NCBI GenBank assembly: GCA_042571085.1 | Contig: JBHPGB010000002.1 | Span: 6,796 to 70,795, forward strand | Reading direction: 5' to 3' | DNA length: 64,000 nt | Source: Patescibacteria group bacterium | GTDB taxonomy: Bacteria; Patescibacteriota; Minisyncoccia; Phycocordibacterales; JBHPGB01 | Part shown: positions 55,337-64,000 of the stretch, piece by piece | Position numbering within the stretch: position 1 is the stretch's first letter | How the letters are laid out: every line of letters begins with the position of its first letter | Program-made: the position numbers and the translations under genes | Notes under the pieces: model-generated | Databases searched by the model: none | What the model was told of the DNA's origin: nothing | The model's input: the letters and a program-made list of their open reading frames with translations, nothing else

Positions 55337-56644
55337 CTATTTAATCCTCTCCATTTGTGCATCGGCACTCATCACAGCTTCACTAGTTCGGAATCTCCCA
55401 GAAGTAACACTCTCAACCATGTCTTTAAATATAGTATATGTTTCTTTTGGATTTGGATCAAACCATCCGCGACTCAATAAAGCACTTTCATAAAAAACGG
55501 CCTTATACGCATCGCTTTGTTTTTGTGACAGCAAATCTCTGCGTATCGGTGGCACATTAATTGCTTCAGACAACTTGCCTGAAAAATCTATGCCAGACAA
55601 TATAAGAGCAACCTGAAGTGCCGTCATAGGATTGTCAGAATTTTTTGCAATTGCAACAGCACTAACGCGTCCATAAGTAAGCCTGTTTTTAACATCTTTT
55701 ATTTGTGGCACCACAGCAACGTCAAAATTTAAGTGTGGATTTTTTGTTCTTATGTCACTCAATTCACTAGCATAACCAAAGTAAATTGCTAACTCTTCAG
55801 ATATAAATGCATTTTTTGAATTCGCAATAGATCTATTCCATGAATACAGAGGGTTTGCTGTGTTTGAAAAGTCTGTATAAAAGCGAAGTACTGATTCTAC
55901 TGGTTGACTAGAAAAACCTTCGATAACTTCAGTAAGTACCGGCTCTATGACACCCTGCATATTGAATTCTGTAATATTGTTTCCTGTCTGAAGTATAAGC
56001 ATTGAAATAATATCTTTGGCGTGCAAAACATTTGAAAATTCTCCGAATGAAACCGCTGATTGTATGATGTGTTTTGATTCACCTACCTGTGTTAATTGTG
56101 GAGTAATTGATTTCAATTCAGCCCAAAACTTAGGTGGAGTTGCAATATTAGCTGATGAAAACATATCTCTGTTCCAATACATCACAAGAGGATTAACATA
56201 AAGAGGTAATGCGAGTATGCTATTTTCAGTGAGATATAATTCACCTTCTTCAGCAAATGTGCTCTTAAAATCTCTTTCAGAAATAAGCTCAAAAGAAATT
56301 GGTGACACCTTATCTTCATGACGCAATATTAAATCATGCGAAAGAAAGAACAGGTCTGGACCAACACCAGCAGCAAGTGCCTCAACTAAATCAGATTCAA
56401 ATGTGTTAGTATTTTTTTCCTCATATAAAAATGAAAATTCACCGCTGTGATCACTATTTAATTCACCCACGAGTGGATTCATGGTTTCCTCCGGTATAAT
56501 TCCCCACATTAAAACCTCTCCACCAACGCCAGTTGGAGCTTTTTGAAAACCTGGCAACACACCAGCAAAAATAAGTACTGCAATTACAATAAATCCTCCG
56601 AAAACGATTCTTAGTATTAGTTGGAAATTAGATGTTTTGGCCAT
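55337..56644 (-). CDS. membrane-anchored extracellular solute-binding-protein (family 1)-like protein
   Basis: N-terminal TM anchor. SBP-like fold length and motifs. Immediately downstream of the VirB2-like array. Confidence 0.5.
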   Translation of the reverse strand: MAKTSNFQLILRIVFGGFIVIAVLIFAGVLPGFQKAPTGVGGEVLMWGIIPEETMNPLVGELNSDHSGEFSFLYEEKNTNTFESDLVEALAAGVGPDLFFLSHDLILRHEDKVSPISFELISERDFKSTFAEEGELYLTENSILALPLYVNPLVMYWNRDMFSSANIATPPKFWAELKSITPQLTQVGESKHIIQSAVSFGEFSNVLHAKDIISMLILQTGNNITEFNMQGVIEPVLTEVIEGFSSQPVESVLRFYTDFSNTANPLYSWNRSIANSKNAFISEELAIYFGYASELSDIRTKNPHLNFDVAVVPQIKDVKNRLTYGRVSAVAIAKNSDNPMTALQVALILSGIDFSGKLSEAINVPPIRRDLLSQKQSDAYKAVFYESALLSRGWFDPNPKETYTIFKDMVESVTSGRFRTSEAVMSADAQMERIK

Positions 56645-56659
56645 AATCTTTGATAGAAA

Positions 56660-57187
56660 TTATACTTTTGTAAATACGAACCCGTAATGATGCTCTCCTG
56701 CATCAAATTCTTCTTCTAATGCAAATCCGGCACCTCCAAATAAATGCTTCGCTTTAGCTTTTTGAACGACATGTTCTGGCTGTGGCCCAAGTCCAGAAAA
56801 AGATTCTGACCATTCAACCACTAAAATCTTTCCTCCTGATTTTAATATTCTATTTGTTTCTGCAAGTAAGCCATCTTTATCTTCTGTTTGAAATAATATG
56901 TTTGAAATAATTACCGCATCAACAACATTATCAGCAATCTTGCTGCCGCCTTTTTCTTCAACATCTCCCCAAAGCACTTCCACGTTTTCAAGTTTGGCAC
57001 CAAGTGCACCGTTTCTTATTTTAGACACGAGGTCTTTCTGTACTTCCACTGCATATACCTTTCCAGACTTACCAATTTTTCTGGCAGCAGCAAATGAGTA
57101 CGCACCAATACCAGCACCAAGGTCTGCAACCTGATACCCTTCTCTAAGATGTAAATGATTTATATTTTGTTCTGGATCAGTAAACAT
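56660..57187 (-). CDS. class I SAM-dependent methyltransferase
   Basis: Motif I VADLGAGIG. Motif post-I YAVEV. Motif II DAVIISNIL. Confidence 0.75.
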   Translation of the reverse strand: MFTDPEQNINHLHLREGYQVADLGAGIGAYSFAAARKIGKSGKVYAVEVQKDLVSKIRNGALGAKLENVEVLWGDVEEKGGSKIADNVVDAVIISNILFQTEDKDGLLAETNRILKSGGKILVVEWSESFSGLGPQPEHVVQKAKAKHLFGGAGFALEEEFDAGEHHYGFVFTKV

Positions 57188-57282
57188 AGATTATTGGATA
57201 CATTATATCATCCAGTGATTTTTTTACATCTTTTATCGTTGAAAACTTTTTCAAAAATATGAAATGTTTATTGCAAAAAATC

Positions 57283-59757
57283 TTACAAGCAAACTAGTGA
57301 CGCGATACTGTCTCCTGCACGCAATTTCATGAGTCGCACACCTTGTGTTTGTCTACCAAGTGCAGGGATATCTTTCATGTCCATGCGGATCACTTGTCCT
57401 TTCTTTGAGATAGCAATTATTTCTGCATCTTCACTTGAAACAACATTAGCGGCGATAAGATCTCCAGTCTTTGAAGTAACTTTTGCTGTTTTAATACCCG
57501 AGCCACCGCGATTTTGTACTTTATATTCTTTAATGTGTGTTTTCTTTCCATATCCACCAGAACCAATAACCATCAAATCAAGGTCTCCTTTACCTCCTTT
57601 CACAACACCAGCACCAACAAGCTCATCAGCCTTGCCAAGCTTAATAGCACGCACACCACCAGCAACACGCCCCATAACCCTAATATCAGATTCATCAAAT
57701 CGAATTGATTGACCTTTTGAAGAAACTAGTGAGATTTCATCTTTCTTTTCAACAAAGAGCGCGGACAGCAATTCGTCACCCTTAGAAAGCTTGATAGCAA
57801 TAAGACCACTTCTGCGCACGTCTTTGAAACTTTCTGTACTTACCTTCTTTGCAGTACCGTGCTTTGTAACCATAAATAGATTTGAATCTTTAGACTCTTT
57901 TATTTCTTTTGTCATTGGCAATACAGAAGTAACCTTCTCATCTCCTTCAAGAGCCAAGAAGTTTACTATCGACTTGCCTTTTGTTGCACGCTTCCCTTCT
58001 GGTATTTCATACATTTTCATTTGATATACTTTTCCTTTATCAGTAAAAAACAAAAGATCGCTGTGTGTGCTTGTTGTCAAAAAGATAGTCACAAAATCTT
58101 CATCTTTTGTGTTCATATCAATAACACCCACACCGCCGCGCTTTTGCTTCTTGTATTCATCTGGATCTGTGCGCTTTATATAACCACCCTTTGTGAGTAC
58201 AAGAACTGATTCTTTTTCTTCAACCATATCTTCAGGAGAAATTGTTGTCGCTGTCCCTTTCACAATTTTAGTTCTACGATCATCACCGAATTTTTCTTTT
58301 ACTGCCTTTAGCTCATCTTTAATGATCTTTAAAATCTTTTTAGGATCAGCTAGAATCGCTTTCAATTCTTTAATCAAATCTTTCTTTTCTTTAAGCTCCT
58401 CTTCAATATTTTTTCGCTCAAGACCAGCGAGCTTTTGCAGCTTCATTTCCAAAATCGCTGATGCTTGTATATCAGAAAACTTGAATTCTTTTACCAAATT
58501 AGCATGTGCTGTTGGAGTATCTTTTGATTTCTTAATCGTCTTAATGATTTTATCAATGTGATCAAGTGCTTTTTTCAAACCTTCCAGAATATGTGCTCGG
58601 TCTTCTGCTTTTTTAAGCTCAAATTTTGTGCGACGGGTCACAACCTCTACACGGTGCGCAACAAATTCCTGAAGTATGCCCTTCAGTGACATAATTTGCG
58701 GTACTCCATCCACAAGCGCAACCATGTTGAAATTAAAGCGACTCTCAAGCTCTGTGTGTTTATATAGATAATTAAGCACCTTTTGTGGCTGTGCACCAGA
58801 TTTCAAATCAATCGCGATACGAATATCTTTTGCTGATTCATCTCGCAAACCTTTAATGCCGTCTATCTTTTTCTCGCGCGTAAGATCAGCAATTTTCATA
58901 ATCAAATCTGCTTTATTCACACGGAATGGAATAGTCGTAATTATAATTTGGAAAGATCCTGCTTTACCTTCTATAATTTCAGCTTCACCTCGACAAGTCA
59001 CCCCACCGCGACCTGTTGCGTAGGCATGATGCAAATCTTTTTTACCAAATACAATTCCACCAATTGGAAAATCAGGACCTTTCACAAATTCAAGAAGGTC
59101 TTCTGTTGTTGCTTTTTTATTTTCTGCTAGATGAATCGTTGCGTCTACAAGCTCCCCAAGATTGTGTGGTGGGATGTTTGTTGCCATACCAACAGCAATA
59201 CCAAGCGTTCCATTTAAAAGAAGTTGCGGAACAGCAGCTGGCAGGAATGCTGGCTCTTGCTTGGTCCCATCAAAGTTTGGATTCCAATTCACTGTATCTT
59301 TTTCAATATCACGAAGCATCTCATCAGCAAGCTTACTCATCTTTGCTTCTGTATACCTGTACGCAGCAGCTTTATCTCCGTCAATTGATCCGAAGTTTCC
59401 TTGTCCTGCTACCATAGGGTATCGTGCAGCGAAATCTTGTGCCATCTTTACCATTGCTTCATATACGGACGCATCTCCATGTGGGTGGTAAGAACCAAGA
59501 ACATCTCCAACCACTGTCGCAGATTTTTTAAACTTCGCGGAATAAGAAAGCCCATTCTTATGCATTGCGAAAAGAATACGGCGGTGCACTGGCTTCAAAC
59601 CATCTCGCACGTCTGGCAGAGCACGTTCAACGATCACACTCATCGCATAATCCAAAAAAGAACTCTTCATTTCAGAGCTTATGTTGATCGGTACTATATT
59701 GTCTTTTGTTTGAATTTCTTTTGATTCAGAATTTTCCTCTTTTTTCTTTTTCGCCAT
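57283..59757 (-). CDS. gyrA: DNA gyrase subunit A
   Basis: Active-site region [10 protein letters not shown] (Tyr). QRDR-like [20 protein letters not shown]-terminal beta-pinwheel repeats. Confidence 0.9.
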   Translation of the reverse strand: MAKKKKEENSESKEIQTKDNIVPINISSEMKSSFLDYAMSVIVERALPDVRDGLKPVHRRILFAMHKNGLSYSAKFKKSATVVGDVLGSYHPHGDASVYEAMVKMAQDFAARYPMVAGQGNFGSIDGDKAAAYRYTEAKMSKLADEMLRDIEKDTVNWNPNFDGTKQEPAFLPAAVPQLLLNGTLGIAVGMATNIPPHNLGELVDATIHLAENKKATTEDLLEFVKGPDFPIGGIVFGKKDLHHAYATGRGGVTCRGEAEIIEGKAGSFQIIITTIPFRVNKADLIMKIADLTREKKIDGIKGLRDESAKDIRIAIDLKSGAQPQKVLNYLYKHTELESRFNFNMVALVDGVPQIMSLKGILQEFVAHRVEVVTRRTKFELKKAEDRAHILEGLKKALDHIDKIIKTIKKSKDTPTAHANLVKEFKFSDIQASAILEMKLQKLAGLERKNIEEELKEKKDLIKELKAILADPKKILKIIKDELKAVKEKFGDDRRTKIVKGTATTISPEDMVEEKESVLVLTKGGYIKRTDPDEYKKQKRGGVGVIDMNTKDEDFVTIFLTTSTHSDLLFFTDKGKVYQMKMYEIPEGKRATKGKSIVNFLALEGDEKVTSVLPMTKEIKESKDSNLFMVTKHGTAKKVSTESFKDVRRSGLIAIKLSKGDELLSALFVEKKDEISLVSSKGQSIRFDESDIRVMGRVAGGVRAIKLGKADELVGAGVVKGGKGDLDLMVIGSGGYGKKTHIKEYKVQNRGGSGIKTAKVTSKTGDLIAANVVSSEDAEIIAISKKGQVIRMDMKDIPALGRQTQGVRLMKLRAGDSIASLVCL

Positions 59758-59896
59758 ATATGTTTTTCTTATCTTTTGCTTTTTTATTTACTCAAGTTGC
59801 ACTTATTTTAGCATATTTCTACACAATATTCCACCAAAAATGTGCATATTGTGTGCACAAACACATCCTAAAATATGGCTCAACTACAACATATTA

Positions 59897-60160
59897 TCAG
59901 TTTCCAATATCTGATTTTATTTTATTAATTCCACCAACAAAATCTTGAAATATTACTGATGTGCTATCTTTAAGAACTTTAAATGGAGACGGGGTAGATA
60001 TTGTTTCCTCAGCTTGGATTTCTTTTTCTGGAAGCACATGCCCTCGTATTGTCCAAACCCACAAGGAAACAACAACCAACATGCAAACAAAAAGGGTCGC
60101 ATATAATATTCTCCACCGTACGTATTCTGGCTTGTTTTGAATGTTTTGTAAAAAGTTCAT
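59897..60160 (-). CDS. hypothetical single-TM protein (87 aa)
   Basis: ORF with one TM helix. Confidence 0.35.
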   Translation of the reverse strand: MNFLQNIQNKPEYVRWRILYATLFVCMLVVVSLWVWTIRGHVLPEKEIQAEETISTPSPFKVLKDSTSVIFQDFVGGINKIKSDIGN

Positions 60161-60194
60161 TTAATTAGAAAAAGTAAAATGTCTCTTCTTATTC

Positions 60195-60818
60195 TTATAG
60201 TGATTTTAGTACTACAATCTCACCTTCTTTACTCTCCACATCTTTCTTTTTTATCGTAAGTTTGTCTACAGCCTTAAGCGATTCTGATCCGGCTTCTTTC
60301 AAAAACTGTTTCAAAGATTTGTCGTCATAATCCATTGGAATAATGATACTTGGTCCAAGTTTGGTAGATAGCTTGTGAGCCTCTTCTGGTGCAAGTACCT
60401 CACCACCCCCTGTTGGTACAAAAAGAATATCAATACCGTCAAGACCTTCTTTAATTTCATTTGAAAGTTCTGGGGTATTCAATACACCAAGAAATGCAAT
60501 ATTTATATTATCAATCAAAATTGAATAGATGGTATTTATTTTATTTTCCTTTTCGTAAGAAGATTCTGCTCCAAAACCTTTTACAAAAATACCACTCCTT
60601 TCATATTCACCTGGTCCTGTGATCGCAAACGGAACCTTGTCTCCGTATTTCATATCCTCAACACCATTGAAATCAACATGATTAAGAGAAGAGACAGCAA
60701 TATCCGCGCCGAATTTCGCGGCTTTAATTTTTGATTTTTTTCCGACAGGATTAATTGCGACCGTTGTATCGCCTTGTTGGATTTTGAAAAATTGTTTTCC
60801 GTAGTAAGTTATTATCAT
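60195..60818 (-). CDS. MBL-fold metallo-hydrolase
   Basis: Metallo-beta-lactamase fold length and His/Asp metal-ligand blocks (SSLNHVDFNG, VPTGGG, IPMDYDD). Confidence 0.65.
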   Translation of the reverse strand: MIITYYGKQFFKIQQGDTTVAINPVGKKSKIKAAKFGADIAVSSLNHVDFNGVEDMKYGDKVPFAITGPGEYERSGIFVKGFGAESSYEKENKINTIYSILIDNINIAFLGVLNTPELSNEIKEGLDGIDILFVPTGGGEVLAPEEAHKLSTKLGPSIIIPMDYDDKSLKQFLKEAGSESLKAVDKLTIKKKDVESKEGEIVVLKSL

Positions 60819-60990
60819 GGGCTACAGTATATCGTATTTTGTATTCTGTATCCAGTATTAAAAATGTTTATAAATGGCTTGATAAATTTTTAACTAATGT
60901 TATATTTGAATTAGAAATTAATCAGTAAAAAGAATTGTGGTGTACACTGGTGTATACCATACATACCTCCGGATATTTTATTCGGAGAAG

Positions 60991-61057
60991 AAAGGAGGTG
61001 ATCCGAGCCTTGGGGAGCAATGCAAAAACATTGACTCCTTGTATCTACGACTTCACC
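60991..61057 (-). ncRNA. isolated 16S-rRNA 3'-terminus-like segment (h44 3' strand + divergent h45 + anti-Shine-Dalgarno), with no 16S body
   Basis: Minus strand reads GGGTGAAGTCGTAGATACAAGGAGTCAATGTTTTTGCATTGCTCCCCAAGGCTCGGATCACCTCCTTTCT. Compare canonical GGGGTGAAGTCGTAACAAGG...GGATCACCTCCTT. Confidence 0.5.
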
Positions 61058-61135
61058 CTTCCCTTCAACCCTGGGTGCACCTCTTTGAGGTGCACCCATA
61101 GCTTTTTATATAAAATAAACAAGTAGGTGTTGGGG

Positions 61136-61163
61136 TTGACAAATCCTGTGGGTATGCTAAGAT
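61136..61163 (+). promoter_or_regulatory. sigma-70-type promoter of locus B (TTGACA-N16-TAAGAT)
   Basis: TTGACAAATCCTGTGGGTATGCTAAGAT. Confidence 0.5.
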
Positions 61164-61270
61164 ATCCACAGGTTCAGTTAGCGCGAGTAACATTGCTGCT
61201 GACCTAGCGAAGGTTCTGTGGCGACTGCCACAGCCTATATTGCCCTCTAGCCATACAAGGAACCAAGCCT

Positions 61271-61357
61271 ATGATTGTTCTCAATTTCAGTGCCATCGGC
61301 ACTTATCTTGATAATTCTGACACCATCCTGGCCACCGGCATCGTTGCCATCGCCTGA
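61271..61357 (+). CDS. candidate small protein B (28 aa, MIVLNFSAIGTYLDNSDTILATGIVAIA), in-frame paralogue of the locus-A peptide
   Basis: AAGGAA 12 nt upstream. Shares the in-frame blocks GCC ATC GGC, GAC ACC ... ATC ... CTG and terminal GCC TGA with the ORF at 43713-43847. 5'UTRs also homologous (GTTAGC...TTGCTGACC). Confidence 0.3.
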   Translation: MIVLNFSAIGTYLDNSDTILATGIVAIA

Positions 61358-61732
61358 TTGTCTGCCACCGGCGTAGCCCCTAAAGCAGGGCTCTCAAAGA
61401 GCAGTAGCCGTCTGGAAAACAGCTGAACGAAACGCTTGTTTTCCAGCCGGCTGGCCGCAAACCGCCAAATAACCCAAAACAATGCACGGAGGTGCACATG
61501 GGGCTATCGTATTGTACCTAATGGCGCAATGGATTGTGCCTGAACATCTGGTGTTCTACCAATAAAGGATTCGGTAGATGGTGTTCCTCATCAAGCAAAA
61601 GGGGTTTTCTCTGTCACACTAATAAAGCGCCCGTTCGGTGCTTCGCATCAAGATTGAAAGTCACTTGTTCTTCCGAGAATAAAACTTCAAAACTTAAGCA
61701 AATGCAATTTTTACGACAGTGAAAATCTAGCA

Positions 61733-61821
61733 GGACCCGCAGACGTCAAAAACGTCCCGGGTCCTTTTATTTTTTACATGGCTGGCGAGCGAAGCTCGCC
61801 AGCCATTTTTGAACTTTTGAT
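61733..61821 (+). terminator. two consecutive rho-independent terminators ending the locus-B transcript
   Basis: GGACCCGCAGACGTCAAAAACGTCCCGGGTCC followed by a T-run. GGCTGGCGAGCGAAGCTCGCCAGCC followed by TTTTTG. Confidence 0.65.
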
Positions 61822-62080
61822 TTGATGTTTTGGATTTAATATTGTATACTCTCTCCATTAACAGCGGGATTTTAAGATAACACTTTGTCGTCCACAAAAG
61901 GCAGTTTGACAAAGACTCTTGAGATTATTAACTTATCCGCATAAATTAAGCGGATTTTTTTGTGAAAATAAATGGAGTGGGTATTTGAACATACCCGCCA
62001 AATTTTTCTCTCGACAAACTCGAGAAAACTTAGGCGGGTAATATTTTTCTAAACTCACTTCGTTCATTAAGAAAAATATT

Positions 62081-63220
62081 ATGAGCATAGCAGAAACAAT
62101 AAAAGAAAAAGTTGCTGAAAAAATCGGCAAAAAAGATGACGATGAGAAACAAGCCGAAGTCAAAACAAGTGTAATGACTAAGCATATGGCAGATTTGCCT
62201 AATCCACCAGAAGTTGGTGAATTGGTAGACGGTGTAATCGTTGGATTTGGTCGTGGAGCAGTTTATTTAGACTTACCCCCATTTGGCACAGGTATTATAT
62301 ATGGACGTGAGTACATAAATGCGCGCGATGTTGTTAAAAACAGTAATATCGGCGACATGATAACAGCGAAAGTTGTTGATGTAGAAAGCGAAGATGGATA
62401 TATAGAACTATCTTTGAAAGAAGCGCGCCAGGCACTCATCTGGGGTGAAGCTGAATCAGCAATCAAAAACAAAACTCTTCTTGAACTCCCAGTAAAAGAA
62501 GCAAACAAAGGAGGTCTTATTATTGAATGGCAAGGTATCGCAGGATTCCTTCCAGCATCACAGCTTTCAGCAGAACATTACCCACGCGTAGAAGATGGAG
62601 ATAAAGACAAAATTTTATCTGAATTGCGAAATCTTGTTGGACAAAAAATATCTGTCCTTATGATCAACGCAGATCCAAAAGAAGGAAAGCTTATCTTTTC
62701 TGAAAAAGGAATCGTTGATACAGATAAAACAGAAATTATTGAGAAATATTCTGTTGGTGACGATGTTGATTGTGAAGTTACAGGTATTGTGGACTTCGGT
62801 GTATTCCTTAAGATTGAAGATGGTCTTGAAGGACTTGCGCACATCTCAGAACTTGATTGGGGCTTGGTAGAAGATCCAAAACAGCTCGTAAAAGTTGGAG
62901 AAAAAGTGAAAGCAAGAATAATTGAAATCAAAGACAACAAAATTTCTCTATCAATCAAAGCACTTAAACCAAACCCATGGGAAGGTATCGAAAAGAAATA
63001 CAAGAAAGACGATACTGTGGACGGAGTGGTTATTAAATTCAATAAATACGGTGCGCTCGTATCAATTGAAGAAGGTATTGCTGGTCTAGCACATGTTTCA
63101 GAATTTGGAGATGAAGAAAAATTGAAAGCGGCTCTTGAGCTCGGTAAAACATACAAATTCAAAATCTCTTTGTTTGAACCAAAAGAACATAAGATGACCT
63201 TAAGTCTTCAAGCGGAGTAA
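62081..63220 (+). CDS. rpsA: 30S ribosomal protein S1-like (four S1 domains)
   Basis: Repeated S1 OB-fold motifs (GELVDGVIVGF, GDMITAKVVDV, GDDVDCEVTGIV, DDTVDGVVIKF). Confidence 0.8.
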   Translation: MSIAETIKEKVAEKIGKKDDDEKQAEVKTSVMTKHMADLPNPPEVGELVDGVIVGFGRGAVYLDLPPFGTGIIYGREYINARDVVKNSNIGDMITAKVVDVESEDGYIELSLKEARQALIWGEAESAIKNKTLLELPVKEANKGGLIIEWQGIAGFLPASQLSAEHYPRVEDGDKDKILSELRNLVGQKISVLMINADPKEGKLIFSEKGIVDTDKTEIIEKYSVGDDVDCEVTGIVDFGVFLKIEDGLEGLAHISELDWGLVEDPKQLVKVGEKVKARIIEIKDNKISLSIKALKPNPWEGIEKKYKKDDTVDGVVIKFNKYGALVSIEEGIAGLAHVSEFGDEEKLKAALELGKTYKFKISLFEPKEHKMTLSLQAE

Positions 63221-63275
63221 AGACACGAAAAATAAAAAGCGGCTGCCTCTGGCAGCCGCTTTTTATTGCTTAAAT

Positions 63276-63857
63276 TTAATTAAACTTATTTGCCGCTTTC
63301 TCTCTTCCCTCTTTTATAATCATGTCGATTGCCTGCACAGCTTTTGTGGAGATTTCTTTTACAGCCTCTGCTTCGCGCGCGGTGAACTTTCCAAGTACAA
63401 ATCTTGATTGATCGCGTTGCTTTTTAATTTTTCCGAAAATATTTTTTTGCGCCACACCGATGCGCACGCGTGTGAAATTTTTTGTTCCAATATGTTTAAT
63501 AATTGAATCAATACCATTATGTCCACCTGTTCCCTTCCCGTAAGAAATTTTTATTTCTCCGAGGGGTAAGTACATATCATCGTGCACCACGATAAGATTT
63601 TCTACATCAGCATCAGACTTCACAAAATACTTCACAGACTCGCCAGAATTGTTCATATAATTATCTGGTTCTACAAGCACAGCTTCCTTATTGCCAATCA
63701 TATTTTTTACAACAAGAGATTTTGAATACTTATCTGCACTCCAATCAGAAAATCCACGCGCTTCGCGAATGGCATCAAGAACAACACGGCCAACATTGTG
63801 TCGCGTATCTTCGTATTTTTCTTCTGGATTTCCTAAACCAACGATTGTGTAAGTCAT
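63276..63857 (-). CDS. pth: peptidyl-tRNA hydrolase
   Basis: GLGNPEEKYEDTRHNVG, HDD..LPLG, GHNG motifs. Confidence 0.85.
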   Translation of the reverse strand: MTYTIVGLGNPEEKYEDTRHNVGRVVLDAIREARGFSDWSADKYSKSLVVKNMIGNKEAVLVEPDNYMNNSGESVKYFVKSDADVENLIVVHDDMYLPLGEIKISYGKGTGGHNGIDSIIKHIGTKNFTRVRIGVAQKNIFGKIKKQRDQSRFVLGKFTAREAEAVKEISTKAVQAIDMIIKEGREKAANKFN

Positions 63858-64000
63858 ATTAGTACTAGTATACCCAAAGGGCTACCGTTTTGTTCAAATT
63901 TTAATTTGATTACAAAACGCAGTGCTTTAGTGTACAGGTAAAGTATAAAGTATTTAATAAGAATTAGGAAATTAAAATAAAAAAATCAGACCGCCTTTTG

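Noticed and set aside
60930-61130. A complete 16S rRNA gene on the minus strand starting at the anti-SD sequence
   Set aside because: Only about 67 nt match the 16S terminus. The upstream sequence has no 16S-like conserved blocks and is occupied by the locus-B promoter/transcript and then rpsA.
60911-61497. Minus-strand ORFs 60911-61099 and 61303-61497
   Set aside because: They overlap the 16S-like fragment and the GC-rich locus-B leader and ORF. No RBS. Composition-driven.
61160-61780. Locus-B transcript as RNase P RNA, tmRNA, SRP RNA or 6S RNA
   Set aside because: I could not find the P4 signature (AGGAAAGTCCGGGC / GGTAAGAGCGCACC), the tmRNA tRNA-like ends (GGGG...TTCGA...CCACCA) with a tag ORF, or the SRP domain-IV motif by eye on either strand. 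It is kept only as an unclassified candidate.

Overview
This 64-kb bacterial window is AT-rich (roughly mid-30s % GC by eye), has short genes and is densely coded, mostly on the minus strand. The gene set points to a small-genome Patescibacteria/CPR-like organism. Evidence for that: a short UvrC without the C-terminal HhH region, short IF-2 and Rel proteins, a tandem array of VirB2/TrbC-like small membrane proteins, and a cohesin/dockerin surface protein pair.

Housekeeping genes recognised from the translations: ddl, uvrC, uvrA, uvrB (all three within 8 kb), tgt, dnaX, dus, ftsQ-like, serS, dprA, topA, rel/spoT, parB, ung, clpB, Fe/Mn-sod, iscS/nifS, infB, rbfA, gyrA, rpsA and pth. There are seven tRNA genes: Gln-TTG, Leu-CAA, Tyr-GTA, Cys-GCA, Leu-TAA, Lys-CTT and Leu-TAG.

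Accessory content:
- A 10-kb minus-strand signalling and adhesin locus. It holds a FliA (sigma-28)-like sigma factor whose GC is about 15 points above its neighbours, three single-domain REC response regulators, one PAS/HAMP histidine kinase, a TauE-like permease, an FN3-repeat protein ending in a dockerin module, and a cohesin-like anchored protein.
- A copper/metal-binding mini-cluster (DUF411/CopG-like, Met/His-rich protein, TspO).
- A MazF-like toxin overlapping iscS by 4 nt, with no antitoxin.
- A free-standing HNH endonuclease inside the tRNA cluster.
- Five tandem VirB2/TrbC-like genes followed by a solute-binding-protein-like gene.

Non-coding structure that I consider the most interesting:
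1. Two copies of a roughly 76-nt conserved core lie downstream of tRNA-Gln and tRNA-Tyr. Each is flanked by an inverted and a direct copy of the 3' end of that particular tRNA.
2. A second conserved motif of about 55 nt sits next to partial tRNA duplicates at four other tRNA loci. These include 27-28-nt and 22-nt direct repeats of tRNA 3' ends and 5'-half pseudo-copies.
3. Two paralogous GC-rich islands each carry a near-consensus TTGACA-N16/17 promoter, a homologous structured 5'UTR, an in-frame-conserved small Ala/Ile/Gly/Thr-rich ORF (44 and 28 aa) and rho-independent terminators.
4. An isolated 67-nt copy of the 16S rRNA 3' terminus (GGGTGAAGTCGTA...GGATCACCTCCTTTCT) has no 16S body attached.

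No CRISPR array, integrase or transposase ORF is recognisable.

Coordinates I derived myself (tRNAs, small ORFs, repeats) may be off by 1-2 nt.
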